A program made the position numbers and the translations under genes. The notes under the pieces were generated by a model, which was given only the letters and a program-made list of their open reading frames with translations, made no database searches and was not told the DNA's origin. Below, piece after piece: positions 25,617-34,521 of a DNA stretch of 64,000 nucleotides (the stretch's first letter is position 1; the number at the start of each line of letters is the position of its first letter). The DNA comes from Bacillota bacterium (lineage in GTDB: Bacteria > Bacillota > Peptococcia > Peptococcales > BICA1-8), in contig JBMOKT010000008.1 in the NCBI GenBank assembly GCA_049323895.1, positions 12,985 through 76,984 of the forward strand. The letters are read 5' to 3'.

Positions 25617-26516
25617 CTACATAAATTCTTCTGGGTCATCTTTATCAAAGTGACCTAAAGGAAGTTTACCTTGCGGATCAATACCGGCATCATACTCACC
25701 AAACAAATCATTTATATCCTTAATAAGCTTTTTATTTAACAGCATAATGGGTATGTCCATGGGACAAGCCCTTTCACACTCACCACATTCAATACATCTG
25801 CCGGCAACATGCATAGCCCGGGTCAGAGCAAAGAACTGGTTTTCTGACGAGTTGTTAGCCTTGCCTATCCAGCCCACTCTTGTCTGGTCAAAAATACACT
25901 CCCGGCAGCTGCAGGCAGGACATACATTGCGGCAGGCATAACAACGCAAGCACCTTTCATACTGTTTGGTCCAAAATTCATATTTCTCATCAGGTGTCAT
26001 TTCCTCCAAGGCTTTAACATCTGAATAGTCTACTGCCTCTTTGGTAGCTGCTACCTCTTTCAGGGCTTGGGCATCTCCAATAAAATAATCATAAACTACA
26101 GGATTGGGATATTTGCATTCCACACATTTTTGTGCTGCAGGAATATCGCCCCCTGCACCAAGTTCCTTGGCTTTATCCTGGTCTTTTAAACCATGACACG
26201 GTATGCCGATAAGGATTACCTTGTCCCGCTCAATCTGCTTATCCTGTAACAATCTATTAAAGGCACGGGCGTCACAGCCCTTAACAAAAACTGCTGCTTT
26301 CCCCTCATGGGTGGTATACTCTGTTAAATACTTGCTTAAATTATTGTGGCAATAGTCATCCCAGACAAGCCTTGCCGCGTCTTCGGGTTTATCAATGAAG
26401 GCTGGCGGGGACAAATACCAAAAAGTACCCTTTTCCCAACCAATAACAACCTCAGCTTCACCTTTTTCCAAAATTTCCCGGGCAATGTCTTGCATTTTTT
26501 TGGTTATCTCATTCAT
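25617..26516 (-). CDS. FlxC-like iron-sulfur protein
   Basis: 299 aa. CLRCYACRNVCPACSCRECIF and CIECGECERACP motifs. Overlaps mvhD by 4 nt. Confidence 0.6.
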   Translation of the reverse strand: MNEITKKMQDIAREILEKGEAEVVIGWEKGTFWYLSPPAFIDKPEDAARLVWDDYCHNNLSKYLTEYTTHEGKAAVFVKGCDARAFNRLLQDKQIERDKVILIGIPCHGLKDQDKAKELGAGGDIPAAQKCVECKYPNPVVYDYFIGDAQALKEVAATKEAVDYSDVKALEEMTPDEKYEFWTKQYERCLRCYACRNVCPACSCRECIFDQTRVGWIGKANNSSENQFFALTRAMHVAGRCIECGECERACPMDIPIMLLNKKLIKDINDLFGEYDAGIDPQGKLPLGHFDKDDPEEFM

Positions 26517-26950
26517 TGGGCATCCCTCAACTTCCTGTTAGGCCCCATAGCCCTAATTTCATCAGTAATTTGAGTAACAACCTGCTGGAATTTTGGACCC
26601 TCGGAGCCGGAAATCCATCTGGCTTGGAAACGTTCCGGGTCAACACCTACATATTGCAATAAACGCTGCATCAACATATAACGTCTGCGAGTGAAATAGT
26701 TGCCTGATACATAGTGACAATCCCCTGGATGGCAGCCGGCAACCAGCACACCATCTACACCCCTCTGAAACGCCCTGATTACAAACTGGGGATTTACCCG
26801 TCCCGAGCATGGCACCCGGAGAATTCTTATATTAGGCGGGTACTGCAGACGGCTTAAGCCAGCCAGGTCAGCACCGGCATAGGTACACCAGTTACAGGCA
26901 AAGACCAGGATTTTAGGTTCCCAGTTTTGTTGGTTCTCCTTTACAGACAC
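26513..26950 (-). CDS. mvhD: MvhD/FlxD-type hydrogenase delta-subunit-like iron-sulfur protein
   Basis: 145 aa. ILVFACNWCTYAGADLAG...RVPCSGRV is typical of MvhD. Overlaps the hdrA 3' end. Confidence 0.8.
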   Translation of the reverse strand: MSVKENQQNWEPKILVFACNWCTYAGADLAGLSRLQYPPNIRILRVPCSGRVNPQFVIRAFQRGVDGVLVAGCHPGDCHYVSGNYFTRRRYMLMQRLLQYVGVDPERFQARWISGSEGPKFQQVVTQITDEIRAMGPNRKLRDAQ

Positions 26951-28923
26951 AGTGCATCCACCTCCGCCAAAATTTGTTCGTTAGTAAAGTGTTTCAGGTT
27001 CAATGCTGCGGAACGACAGGCAACAGTACAAGCTCCGCAGCCTTGGCATAAGCCGCTGTTTACTGCAGCAACACTTCGGGAAACTGTTTTGCCGTGTGCC
27101 CTCTCTTGAATGGTCTTCATATCAATTGCCTTATAGGGACATACAGGCACACACATACCACATCCTGCACAAATAGCCTCATTGACTTCAGAGATAATAG
27201 GTTCTGTAGCCATTTGATCCTTGGACAGAAGTCCGCAAGCCTTAACTGCAGCTGCACTGGCCTGGGCAACCGAATCAGGTATATCCTTGGGTCCCTGGCA
27301 AGCCCCAGCCAGAAAAACACCAGCAGTATGGGTTTCTACAGGAGCCAGCTTGGGATGGGCCTCTGTATAGAAGTGGTTCTGGTCATAGGAGAAACCTACC
27401 ATTTGCGCTAATTTTGCCGCATCGGTCTTAGCAATCATAGCCGTAGCCAGAACTACCATATCTGCTTCTACTTCTACGGGTCTGCCCAAAAGGGTGTCCT
27501 CACCGCGAACCATCAGCTTGCCACCTTTTTCATATATCTTGGAAACCCTGCCTCTGATATACTTGGCACCATATTGGTCAGTTGTTCGGGTGTAGAACTC
27601 ATCATAACCCTTACCAGGAGTGCGGACATCCATGTAAAACACGTAGACATTAGAGTCCTTAATCTTTTCTCTGACCAAAGTGGCATGTTTTGCCGTATAC
27701 ATACAGCAGGTTTTGGAACAATAAGCCTTGCCTTTTGCCTCATCCCGCGAGCCAACACACTTAATGAACACCACATTCTTCGGTATTTGCCCGTCGGAAG
27801 GTCTTTTGATTTTTCCCATGGTAGGACCGGAAGCATTAATTAACCTTTCGAAGTGCAGTCCGGTAATAACATCCTTATACTTGCCATAGCCGTACTCACC
27901 ATAGACTTTTTCGTCGAAGAGGTCAAAGCCGGTAGCTACGACGATAGCACCATATCTTTCCTTGACAAGTTCATCCTCTTGGGTAAAATCAACGGCATTG
28001 GTAGGACATACCTTTTGACATACTCCGCATTTGCCAGTTTTAAAGTAACGGCAGTTTGCCCTGTCAATGACAGGCTTATTGGGAATAGCCTGAGGGAAAG
28101 GAGTATAGATGGCTTTACGGTCCATCATTTCCATTTCAAATTCACTGGGTACTTTGGACGGGCATTTCTGATAACAGGTGCCGCATCCCGTACAAGCCTT
28201 CAGGTCAACTGAACGGGCTTTCTTTCTAATTGTTATATCAAAGTTGCCTACATAGCCTTCTACCTTTTCAATTTCCGAAAAAGTTATCAGGTTTACATTA
28301 GGATGATTGGCGACCTCAACCATTTTGGGTGTTAAAATACAAGCTGAACAGTCCAAGGTTGGAAAGGTTTTATCAATCTGGGCCATACGCCCGCCAATGG
28401 ATGGTTCTTTTTCTACCACATCTACAATATGACCGGCATTGGCAATATCTAAGGCAGCCTGGATACCGGCAATACCTCCACCAATTACCAAGGCACGCTT
28501 AGTGATGGGAATAGTAGACCTCTGCAGTGATTCATTTTTCAGAACCTTAGCCACAGCCATCCTTACTAATTCAGTAGATTTAAAGGTAGCACGTTCCTTA
28601 TCATCGGGGTGCACCCAAGAACAATGCTCCCGTATATTGGCCATTTCCAATAAATAAGGATTTAAGCCCCCGCTTTCAATACACCTGCGGAAAGTAGGCT
28701 CATGCATCCGGGGTGAACAGGATGCTACAACAATCCTATCCAGCTTATGGTCCTTAATGGCTTTTTTGATTAGTTCCTGTCCAGGCTCAGCACACATATA
28801 CTTGTAGTCAGTACTGTATGCAACCCCTGGAAAGCTTTTGGCATTTTCTGCAACCTTTTCACAATCAACACTTGCGGCGATATTGGTACCGCAGTGACAA
28901 ATAAATACACCTACACGCTTCAT
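26941..28923 (-). CDS. hdrA: Heterodisulfide reductase subunit A-like flavoprotein
   Basis: 660 aa. VIGGGIAGIQAALD FAD motif, several CxxCxxCxxxCP ferredoxin motifs, N-terminal VFICHCG. Confidence 0.85.
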   Translation of the reverse strand: MKRVGVFICHCGTNIAASVDCEKVAENAKSFPGVAYSTDYKYMCAEPGQELIKKAIKDHKLDRIVVASCSPRMHEPTFRRCIESGGLNPYLLEMANIREHCSWVHPDDKERATFKSTELVRMAVAKVLKNESLQRSTIPITKRALVIGGGIAGIQAALDIANAGHIVDVVEKEPSIGGRMAQIDKTFPTLDCSACILTPKMVEVANHPNVNLITFSEIEKVEGYVGNFDITIRKKARSVDLKACTGCGTCYQKCPSKVPSEFEMEMMDRKAIYTPFPQAIPNKPVIDRANCRYFKTGKCGVCQKVCPTNAVDFTQEDELVKERYGAIVVATGFDLFDEKVYGEYGYGKYKDVITGLHFERLINASGPTMGKIKRPSDGQIPKNVVFIKCVGSRDEAKGKAYCSKTCCMYTAKHATLVREKIKDSNVYVFYMDVRTPGKGYDEFYTRTTDQYGAKYIRGRVSKIYEKGGKLMVRGEDTLLGRPVEVEADMVVLATAMIAKTDAAKLAQMVGFSYDQNHFYTEAHPKLAPVETHTAGVFLAGACQGPKDIPDSVAQASAAAVKACGLLSKDQMATEPIISEVNEAICAGCGMCVPVCPYKAIDMKTIQERAHGKTVSRSVAAVNSGLCQGCGACTVACRSAALNLKHFTNEQILAEVDALCL

Positions 28924-29807
28924 GCAGTATCCCTCCTGCCTTCAGCCTCAACCAGCTTTTTGGCTAAACTCACAGCATCCACAAAATGCTTATTTAAACC
29001 TAATTCTCCCGGATTCATACCAAGGGCTAAACCCATCAATTCAGTAAAATAAAATACAGGCAGCTTGTAATCTTTACCAAACTTAGCCTCTACCTGGGTT
29101 TGACGCATGTCAAGGTTATTCATGCATAAGGGGCAAGCTGTGGCAATGCAGTCTGCTCCGGCATCCTTAGCTGCTGTTAAAATTTTCTCAATCATGGAGA
29201 AACCAACCTCGGATTTGGTAGTAGCATGGGCTGCTCCACAGCACTCGGTCTTAAAGGCCCAGTCTACAGGGGTCCCCCCCATGGCTTTAACTAAATTATC
29301 CATGCTTTGAGGATCTTCCGCGTCATCAAAACCCAATTTGGGCGGGCGTACCAAAAGGCATCCGTAATAACTTGCAACCTTTAAATCCTTTAGAGGATTA
29401 TTAACCAGAGTGTTTACAGCTTCCAGACCTAAGTCATTGACAAACACATCTAATAAGGCCCTGGCTTTGGCTTTTCCGGTATATTCCCGTTCAATTACTT
29501 CATTAATGGTATTTCTCATTTCCATTGACTGGCTGGCTTCCACCTCTGTCGCTTTGCATCTGGCATAACATGCAGCACAAGGAATTGCTACATCCAACCC
29601 TTTTGCCTCGGCAATAGCCAGATTCCTGGCGGGCAAGGCCAATGCCAGCAGATGGTCTGTTAAATGGGCACTGGAGGCGCCGCAGCAGTTCCATTCGGGA
29701 ATTTCCCAAAGCTCAATACCTAAAGCAGCAGCAACTTTTTTGGTGGATATATCATATTCAATTCCGGTGGAACTCAAGGAACATCCTGGGTAATATGCAT
29801 ATTTCAT
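28920..29807 (-). CDS. hdrB: Heterodisulfide reductase subunit B-like (two CCG domains)
   Basis: 295 aa. WNCCGAS and TECCGAAH CCG motifs. Confidence 0.85.
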   Translation of the reverse strand: MKYAYYPGCSLSSTGIEYDISTKKVAAALGIELWEIPEWNCCGASSAHLTDHLLALALPARNLAIAEAKGLDVAIPCAACYARCKATEVEASQSMEMRNTINEVIEREYTGKAKARALLDVFVNDLGLEAVNTLVNNPLKDLKVASYYGCLLVRPPKLGFDDAEDPQSMDNLVKAMGGTPVDWAFKTECCGAAHATTKSEVGFSMIEKILTAAKDAGADCIATACPLCMNNLDMRQTQVEAKFGKDYKLPVFYFTELMGLALGMNPGELGLNKHFVDAVSLAKKLVEAEGRRDTA

Positions 29808-30373
29808 ACCTTTCCACCCCGCTTCCGGACATTAGCAAATATCTTCTTTACTTCCCCGTTATCTTTGATTGTATGGGGCAGTGGAGATAATTTTCCTTTT
29901 AACAGCATACTGGGACCAAAGTGGGCATCTTTAAGAGGCTGCATGCTGAAAATATTAAAGCCCAGTATTAAACCCATTTCGTGTACACGTCCATGATTTT
30001 CTACAGATTTTAAGAAGAGATTATGGAAGATGTCCATTTTCTTTTCAGTGATATAGCCTTTTTTCTTAGCTATAATCCTTAAAGTCTCCATTACCCGGGC
30101 TATGTCAACTTCTCTGGGACACCTGGTTGAACAGGTATCGCAGCTAGCACAGAGCCAGATAGTATGAGAATGCAAAGCATCATCCATAAGCCCCAGCTGT
30201 ACTAACCGCATTATTTCCCGGGGAGTTTTATCCATCGCAAAAGCAACAGGACACCCGGCTGAACATTTACCACACTGATAGCATTTTGAAGCCCTAACGC
30301 CGCTTTCTTGTGTCACCTCGGCTAAAACCTCTTGCCCTTTGGCTAAAGCAGCAGTTAGTTCAATCCTTTCCAT
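29804..30373 (-). CDS. hdrC: Heterodisulfide reductase subunit C-like (4Fe-4S dicluster)
   Basis: 189 aa. CYQCGKCSAGCP and CASCDTCSTRCP motifs. GGAGG upstream. Confidence 0.85.
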   Translation of the reverse strand: MERIELTAALAKGQEVLAEVTQESGVRASKCYQCGKCSAGCPVAFAMDKTPREIMRLVQLGLMDDALHSHTIWLCASCDTCSTRCPREVDIARVMETLRIIAKKKGYITEKKMDIFHNLFLKSVENHGRVHEMGLILGFNIFSMQPLKDAHFGPSMLLKGKLSPLPHTIKDNGEVKKIFANVRKRGGKV

Positions 30374-30626
30374 ACTGTTCCTCCTTCCACTTATTAAAAC
30401 AATTGTGTCTCTGGGAAAACGTTGATAAAATTGGTAATTATAAAATTGTACACAATTTCACTAAGTTCACATAAAGTGACTTATTCGAGATTTTAAATTA
30501 AAATCCTTCTCTTAATAGTTAAACAATTCTATTTATTAAAAAACCTTAGTAATATTATACATGAAAAAAATTTATAAATGAATGTCAATATAGATTTAAA
30601 AACACAGCAGTGTTCACCCGCCGACA

Positions 30627-30650
30627 GAAAAAAACGGCTGGCGCCGTTTT
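30627..30650 (-). terminator. Intrinsic terminator after the DUF2294 gene
   Basis: Minus sense: AAAACGGCgccaGCCGTTTTTTT. Confidence 0.75.
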
Positions 30651-30662
30651 GGTATGTTTAAA

Positions 30663-31016
30663 TTATCTTATATGACTTTCCTTTAAATCTCTAATTATTA
30701 AAGTCACTGATATCTCAGTTTCAGGATCGTAATCCTTAAAAATTGTAATAAAATTCAAACCTAATTCCTGGAGCAAAGCATTTTTAAAACGTTTCTTGTA
30801 TTCGTCCAACAGGGCTAAATCCATTAATCTGGTTGTGTGTCTGTCAATGGCATCAAGGGCTTTAAGGGCTGGAACACGTTTGTTTCTTGTAATTAATAAA
30901 ATTGCATTATCCAATACCTCTACCTTCTGCCACAAAAGACCAACCTGAAATAACTCAATATTAATTTTATTATTTATGGCTTGAATCTGTTGTTTAAATT
31001 GACCTAGACCATTCAT
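30663..31016 (-). CDS. DUF2294 (MpsC-like) protein
   Basis: The track ORF is trimmed to the ATG at 31016 (MNGLGQFKQQ) with AAGGAG 6 nt upstream. The pattern resembles DUF2294. Confidence 0.55.
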   Translation of the reverse strand: MNGLGQFKQQIQAINNKINIELFQVGLLWQKVEVLDNAILLITRNKRVPALKALDAIDRHTTRLMDLALLDEYKKRFKNALLQELGLNFITIFKDYDPETEISVTLIIRDLKESHIR

Positions 31017-31180
31017 AGAGGTCTCCTTAATTTTTTTCAATATATAAAATCCTTCGACAAATCCATAAAAAAACCTGCTTGAGAAAAGATAATTTGCTAA
31101 ATTAGATAAATCAGCGTTCTGAAATATAAATAAACCCATATAAATTTCAATAAATTATAACTCTTATAGGATGGGTTTAT

Positions 31181-32116
31181 ATGTTCAGTATTTTTCTGTT
31201 TTTGGCAGGTTTGCTGATTTTCTTAACAGGCTTATATATCCTTAAAACCGGTCTTAAGTATATGTACAGCATAAACCTAAAAACAGTGATAAATAATTTT
31301 ACCCATACACCACTTAAAGGATGTTTAACCGGGACTGCCTTGACTATGCTCCTCCAATCCTCCAGTGCGGTAACTGTCATCACTATAGGACTTGTCGATA
31401 CAGGGTTGATGGTTTTCACCCAGGCCCTGGGGATTGTCTTGGGCACAAATATCGGTACAACCTTAACGGGTCAAATTTTAGCCTTTAATTTGGAAAAATT
31501 AGGGCTCCCTATTATATATATGGGGTTGCTGCTTATTCTTTTTCCAGGTCTCCTGAGGGGAATTGGTTTTAATCTATGCGGGCTGGGTATGATTTTTTTA
31601 GGAATGGATTTTATGGCAAAAGCCTTTTTATTTATCCAAAGCAACCCACTTTTTTATCACCTTTTAATCATAACCCAAAGAAACAATCTCCTAGCTGTAA
31701 TAGCAGGCATAATCTTTACGGCAATTATCCAATCGAGTAGTGCCATGACAGGAATAGTCCTGGTCCTGGCCAAAAACGGACAGTTAAACCTGGTAACAGC
31801 TACTGCCATAATCCTGGGAAGCAATGTCGGTACTTGCATAACCGCCCTCTTGGCTGCCATAGGTTCCACAACTGCCGGCAAAAGGGTTGCTGCTGCCCAT
31901 GTATTATTAAATATCTTGGGTGTGCTCCTTTTCTATCCCTTCCTTTTACAGTTTACCCAGTTAATGTCCCTTACCAGCACCGATTTGCCGCGGCAAATTG
32001 CCCATACCCATACTGTTTTTAACATTCTAAGTTCTCTTTTAGTATTACCCTTTGCCGGGCTGTTCACCCGGCTGATTTGCTGGATGGTACCGCAGTCAAA
32101 CATTAGTGACCAGTGA
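31181..32116 (+). CDS. Na/Pi-cotransporter-family membrane protein (no PhoU-like tail)
   Basis: 311 aa. Duplicated LGTNIGTT / LGSNVGTC motifs characteristic of the Na_Pi_cotrans family. Confidence 0.75.
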   Translation: MFSIFLFLAGLLIFLTGLYILKTGLKYMYSINLKTVINNFTHTPLKGCLTGTALTMLLQSSSAVTVITIGLVDTGLMVFTQALGIVLGTNIGTTLTGQILAFNLEKLGLPIIYMGLLLILFPGLLRGIGFNLCGLGMIFLGMDFMAKAFLFIQSNPLFYHLLIITQRNNLLAVIAGIIFTAIIQSSSAMTGIVLVLAKNGQLNLVTATAIILGSNVGTCITALLAAIGSTTAGKRVAAAHVLLNILGVLLFYPFLLQFTQLMSLTSTDLPRQIAHTHTVFNILSSLLVLPFAGLFTRLICWMVPQSNISDQ

Positions 32117-32157
32117 CCGGTGCACAATGCCCAGTTGAAAAATATTGTAAAATATTA

Positions 32158-32182
32158 AAACCGCCTTGAAAGAGGGCGGTTT
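32158..32182. terminator. Bidirectional terminator between the Na/Pi gene and mgsA
   Basis: aaAACCGCCttgaaagagGGCGGTTtatttg. Confidence 0.7.
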
Positions 32183-32555
32183 ATTTGTCACAATCAGATA
32201 ATGCTTTTAAAATGAGTTGGGCGGTTCCTATATTAGTTGCAACAGGTATCCTATGGACATCGCAGAGTCTAATTAACGCAGTAACGTCAGGTTCATGGGG
32301 TTGTGGTGTAAGAGGATCTCTAAAGAAAATTACTACGTCCATCTTACCACAGGCGATCTTACTTCCTATCTGCTGATCTCCGCCAAGCGGTCCGGACATA
32401 AAGCAATATATATCAAGTCCGGTGTTTGCTTTTAGTATAGTTCCTGTTGTACCTGTGGCATAAAGCTCTTGCCCTCTAAAAAAATTTAAATTTTCTTTGA
32501 CAAATAGTAATAAGTCATCTTTTTTTTCATTATGGGCAATCAAAGCTATTTTCAT
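32181..32555 (-). CDS. mgsA: Methylglyoxal synthase
   Basis: 124 aa. [11 protein letters not shown]...LYATGTTG...[10 protein letters not shown]...[12 protein letters not shown] matches MgsA motifs. Confidence 0.9.
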   Translation of the reverse strand: MKIALIAHNEKKDDLLLFVKENLNFFRGQELYATGTTGTILKANTGLDIYCFMSGPLGGDQQIGSKIACGKMDVVIFFRDPLTPQPHEPDVTALIRLCDVHRIPVATNIGTAQLILKALSDCDK

Positions 32556-32558
32556 ATT

Positions 32559-32840
32559 TTACTCCTTTTTTTGAGTATTTATCCCGACTGCAAAATTTTT
32601 TTCAATTAAAATAAGGGTATCATAATCTTGGAGATCTTTACTCTCAACAACAGTATCTGCACCTTGGGGAAGTAAAAAGCCTTCAGTAATCCTCTTTGTC
32701 TCCCAAGAATGAATCCCACTGCACTTATCCGGCAAAATCCTTAAGGCAGCATATCCTTCCTCTTTTAATACCTTTAGTATTTTACTATTTAGTGCAAATC
32801 CACTTCTTAGTGCCAAATATTTTTCCATCATGACCTCCAA
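32559..32840 (-). CDS. Small hypothetical protein upstream of mgsA
   Basis: ORF track, 93 aa. The true start is probably one of the ATGs at 32831/32828, just after GGAGG. No family recognised. Confidence 0.45.
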   Translation of the reverse strand: MEVMMEKYLALRSGFALNSKILKVLKEEGYAALRILPDKCSGIHSWETKRITEGFLLPQGADTVVESKDLQDYDTLILIEKNFAVGINTQKKE

Positions 32841-32975
32841 AAAGCAATATATAGCATATAAATATGTATTTCTTCTATATAATTCTCCTCTTTCCTGCCA
32901 GTATATTTTAAAAAGATTTAAGGAACAATAAGTCTGAATGTAATTAATATATTAATACATTTCAAGGAGGTATTT

Positions 32976-33473
32976 ATGAATAAAAAAGTAATTGGTGTTT
33001 TTTCGTCAAAGGAGCAAGCTGACAGTGCAGCTTCTAAACTGAGAGAATCAGGCTTTAATAAGGAAATTTCTGTTGTGTCCAAAGGGCAGGATAATCAGCA
33101 ACAGCAAGGCAGAAACAATAATCAAGGAACCATGAATATGGGAACAGGCGATTCAGTAGCTGATGGTGCTGCTACAGGTGCAACCTGGGGTGCATTAGGC
33201 GGTTTAGCTTTAGGAGCAGGGGCATTGGCAGTTCCAGGATTTGGTCCCTTATTAGCGGCAGGTCCCATTGCAGCAGCAATAAGCGGAGCAGCCGCTGGCG
33301 GATTGGGTGGAGCATTAATTGATATGGGCATACCAGAAACAGAGAGCAAGAATTATGAAAACGACGTAAGAAAAGGAAAAAGCTTAGTTTCAGTTGAATG
33401 TAATGATGACAAAGCGGCTAAAGCTCAGGAAGTATTGCGTAAATCTGGGGCAGAAAACGTAAAGGTTCACTAG
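32976..33473 (+). CDS. General-stress-type protein with a YflT-like N-domain, a Gly/Ala-rich glycine-zipper core and a C-terminal domain
   Basis: 165 aa. VIGVFSSKEQADSAASKLRESGF, then GAATGATWGALGGLALGAGALAVPGFGPLLAAGPIAAAISGAAAGGLGGALI. AGGAGG upstream. Confidence 0.55.
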   Translation: MNKKVIGVFSSKEQADSAASKLRESGFNKEISVVSKGQDNQQQQGRNNNQGTMNMGTGDSVADGAATGATWGALGGLALGAGALAVPGFGPLLAAGPIAAAISGAAAGGLGGALIDMGIPETESKNYENDVRKGKSLVSVECNDDKAAKAQEVLRKSGAENVKVH

Positions 33474-33488
33474 ATTATTAAAAAAATC

Positions 33489-33524
33489 AAAGGGAGTGCG
33501 GCAAAGTTCATGCTCCCTTTTTTA
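33489..33524 (+). terminator. Intrinsic terminator
   Basis: aAGGGAGtgcggcaaagttcatgCTCCCTTTTTT. Confidence 0.75.
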
Positions 33525-33585
33525 AGTTTAAATCTTTGACTTACTAAAGCAGCGAGCCTGGGAAAGGCTCGCTATCTTTCCTTAT

Positions 33586-34434
33586 TTATGCTTTCCACCA
33601 TGTTACTCTTTTTGTTGATTCGGATACTCCAGTTTCCTGGAATTCTTTGCTTTTTCTTGGGGATTGTTCTCCTTTGTGATTTAAACCAAGAAGAAGATTA
33701 ATGTTTCCACCTAAAATTTTATCCTTCTCCCCTTCAGGTATTTTTAAAAGCAAGATTTTTTTCAATTCTACTACTGGGTGAGAAAGGGGAAACTCAGACC
33801 CAAAAATAATTTTACTAGATCCAACTTTTCCAACAGCTTCTTTGATATGCAAAAAGTTTCCAGTAGAGGTTTCCAGGAAAAAATTATCTATATCTCGAGC
33901 AGCCTCTAAGCCGTCTTGGTCAGCTGGCCCAAAGCCCATATGACCCAAAATAAAATTGGTTTTAGGAAATTGCTTTGCTAAAGCTGCAAACTTGGCAGTG
34001 GAAGCACCTGGACTGTATACTACATGAGTGTAGACTGGATAACCATAATTGCCGCAACATTCTGCCAAATCTGCTATTGCTTTACTAGAAAAGGAAAATT
34101 GATGGGTCATAGGCGATAATTTTAATCCTTTATACCCCACTTTAAAAGCCTGCTCTAATTTATTTGCAGCATTAGCCTCATGAGGATCAACACAGAAATA
34201 CCCTCTAAGGACATCTGGGTTGGATTTAAAAGATTTTTGGACATATTCGTTATTGGGAATTAAATTCTCCGGATTTCTCCGACCGATTATATACTCAGTC
34301 ATTACTCTAACATCCATCATTCCGCCAGGAACTACCACACCCTGGTCAATACCTGCTTCCTTTATTTGCTCTAAATAAAGCTCCGCATTGCCATAATCAG
34401 TTTCAGAAATATGCCCATGTGCATCAATAATCAT
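33586..34434 (-). CDS. Amidohydrolase-2 (TIM-barrel metal hydrolase) family protein
   Basis: MIIDAHGHIS start motif (start chosen at 34434; the track extends to a GTG at 34470). HMGFG and other family features. Unusual roughly 30-aa polar C-terminal tail. Confidence 0.65.
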   Translation of the reverse strand: MIIDAHGHISETDYGNAELYLEQIKEAGIDQGVVVPGGMMDVRVMTEYIIGRRNPENLIPNNEYVQKSFKSNPDVLRGYFCVDPHEANAANKLEQAFKVGYKGLKLSPMTHQFSFSSKAIADLAECCGNYGYPVYTHVVYSPGASTAKFAALAKQFPKTNFILGHMGFGPADQDGLEAARDIDNFFLETSTGNFLHIKEAVGKVGSSKIIFGSEFPLSHPVVELKKILLLKIPEGEKDKILGGNINLLLGLNHKGEQSPRKSKEFQETGVSESTKRVTWWKA

Positions 34435-34521
34435 CTTAACTCTCATCCCTTTCGTTAAACTCAAAGGCACAAAAAATTATAAAACACTTTAATTCCCCAT
34501 TCTCCATTGATAAATAATCTC

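Noticed and set aside
26513-28923. Selenocysteine recoding in HdrA/MvhD, which is common in some anaerobes.
   Set aside because: Both reading frames are uninterrupted, with Cys at the expected positions. No in-frame TGA or downstream SECIS-like hairpin is needed.
30374-30662. A search for tRNA, rRNA or other structured RNA genes in this and the other larger gaps (37921-38193, 41776-42070, 50676-51068, 58380-58616).
   Set aside because: No cloverleaf-compatible sequences, no conserved GTTCRANYC T-loop motifs and no rRNA-like segments. Only AT-rich promoter-type DNA and terminator hairpins.
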